Made by a program: the position numbers and the translations under genes. Positions 33,135 to 34,174 of a DNA stretch of 34,174 nucleotides are shown piece after piece. How positions within the stretch are numbered: position 1 is the first letter of the stretch; each line of letters starts with the position of its first letter. This DNA comes from an uncultured bacterium (GTDB lineage Bacteria > Eisenbacteria > RBG-16-71-46). The notes beneath the pieces were generated by a model. It was not told where the DNA came from and did not search any database. It saw only the letters and a program-made list of their open reading frames with translations. The stretch covers positions 1 to 34,174 of the forward strand of contig CAZKQE010000002.1 in the NCBI GenBank assembly GCA_964554725.1, read 5' to 3'.

Positions 33135-33497
33135 TCAGGCCCGGAAGGTGACGTCGGGCTCGTCCCCGTTCGCGAGCCGGCTCTCGCGCAGGCGACGGCC
33201 GCCCTGGACGCGGTTGTTCAGCTCGCGGGTCACCGCCTCGAGCTGCTCCGGCGTGAGATGCGCTCCGTAGCGGCGCCGCACGATCTCGGCCAGCGAGCGC
33301 GCGTCGTCCGAGATCTCGGGCGGTGCGGGCGGCGCGGGCGCCGCGGCGGAGTCCGCCGGCGCCGGCGACCCGGCCGGACGCGGGCCGGCGGACTGCGCGA
33401 GCGCCGAGGGGGCGATCGCGGCCGCGAGGCCGGCGACGCCGACGGTCTTCAGGAACCGGCGCCGGTCGGGACCGGGCGGGGGCGGGGACGCGGGCAT
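33135..33497 (-). CDS. Small protein with a consensus twin-arginine (Tat) signal, 7 nt upstream of the amidase
   Basis: ATG at 33497 with a GGAGG SD. MPASPPPPGPDRRRFLKTVGVAGLAAAIAPSALA matches the Tat consensus. The roughly 85-aa mature part ends ...LTPEQLEAVTRELNNRVQGGRRLRESRLANGDEPDVTFRA. Confidence 0.7.
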   Translation of the reverse strand: MPASPPPPGPDRRRFLKTVGVAGLAAAIAPSALAQSAGPRPAGSPAPADSAAAPAPPAPPEISDDARSLAEIVRRRYGAHLTPEQLEAVTRELNNRVQGGRRLRESRLANGDEPDVTFRA

Positions 33498-33597
33498 GCG
33501 GACCTCCGGGGCGGGCGGACGCACGGCGGGACGCGGACGCCGCAGGGTAATCCCTCGCCGCCCGCCCGGCAATCCCGCGCGGCGGGCCCGGGCCCGC

Positions 33598-34174
<577 letters not shown>

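Overview
Very GC-rich bacterial window. GC was not computed, but third codon positions of the convincing genes are almost all G/C. Stop codons are therefore rare and nearly every real gene is shadowed by long antisense ORFs. I chose strands by recognisable catalytic or domain motifs, codon-position-3 bias, Shine-Dalgarno (SD) sites and signal peptides. I support about 22 protein genes and found no rRNA, tRNA, CRISPR array or transposase.

The core (3.7-27.6 kb) is an accessory-looking set of four very large secreted hydrolases: three subtilisin-like S8 proteases of 886, 999 and 1602 aa, and a 1107-aa HExxH metalloprotease with a lamin-tail domain. All four end in the same roughly 85-aa FlgD-Ig / T9SS-type C-terminal domain (CTD). 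Among them sits a 1152-aa MalT-like STAND ATPase with TPR repeats, whose C-terminal DNA-binding module is SARP-type (OmpR-like winged helix plus BTAD) rather than LuxR-type.

The most interesting signal is non-coding. A tandem heptad motif, TCAAGNN-N4-TCAAGNN with an 11-bp period, recurs in four intergenic regions, plus one degenerate copy. In three copies an NAGGNT -10-like hexamer lies exactly 8 nt downstream, which is the classical SARP promoter layout. The 15-mer TCAAGCCCCGGTCAA is identical upstream of two of the protease genes. I propose a previously undescribed STAND-SARP regulon controlling a secreted, CTD-tagged protease arsenal.

Other content:
- an ATP-grasp ligase plus zinc metallopeptidase pair
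- two YceI genes, one paired with a MarR gene that has a clear promoter and palindromic operator
- a domain-permuted aconitase-family protein
- an HtrA-like protease
- an octaheme c-type cytochrome with a 4-TM partner
- a TerB-family protein
- an amidase preceded by a small Tat-signal protein
- the 3' end of acnA
- several GC-rich hairpin terminators
- a 133-bp element with perfect 16-bp inverted termini
- a perfect 43-bp direct repeat

The lineage is uncertain. The sorting-domain type suggests an FCB-group-related high-GC phylum, which is inference only.
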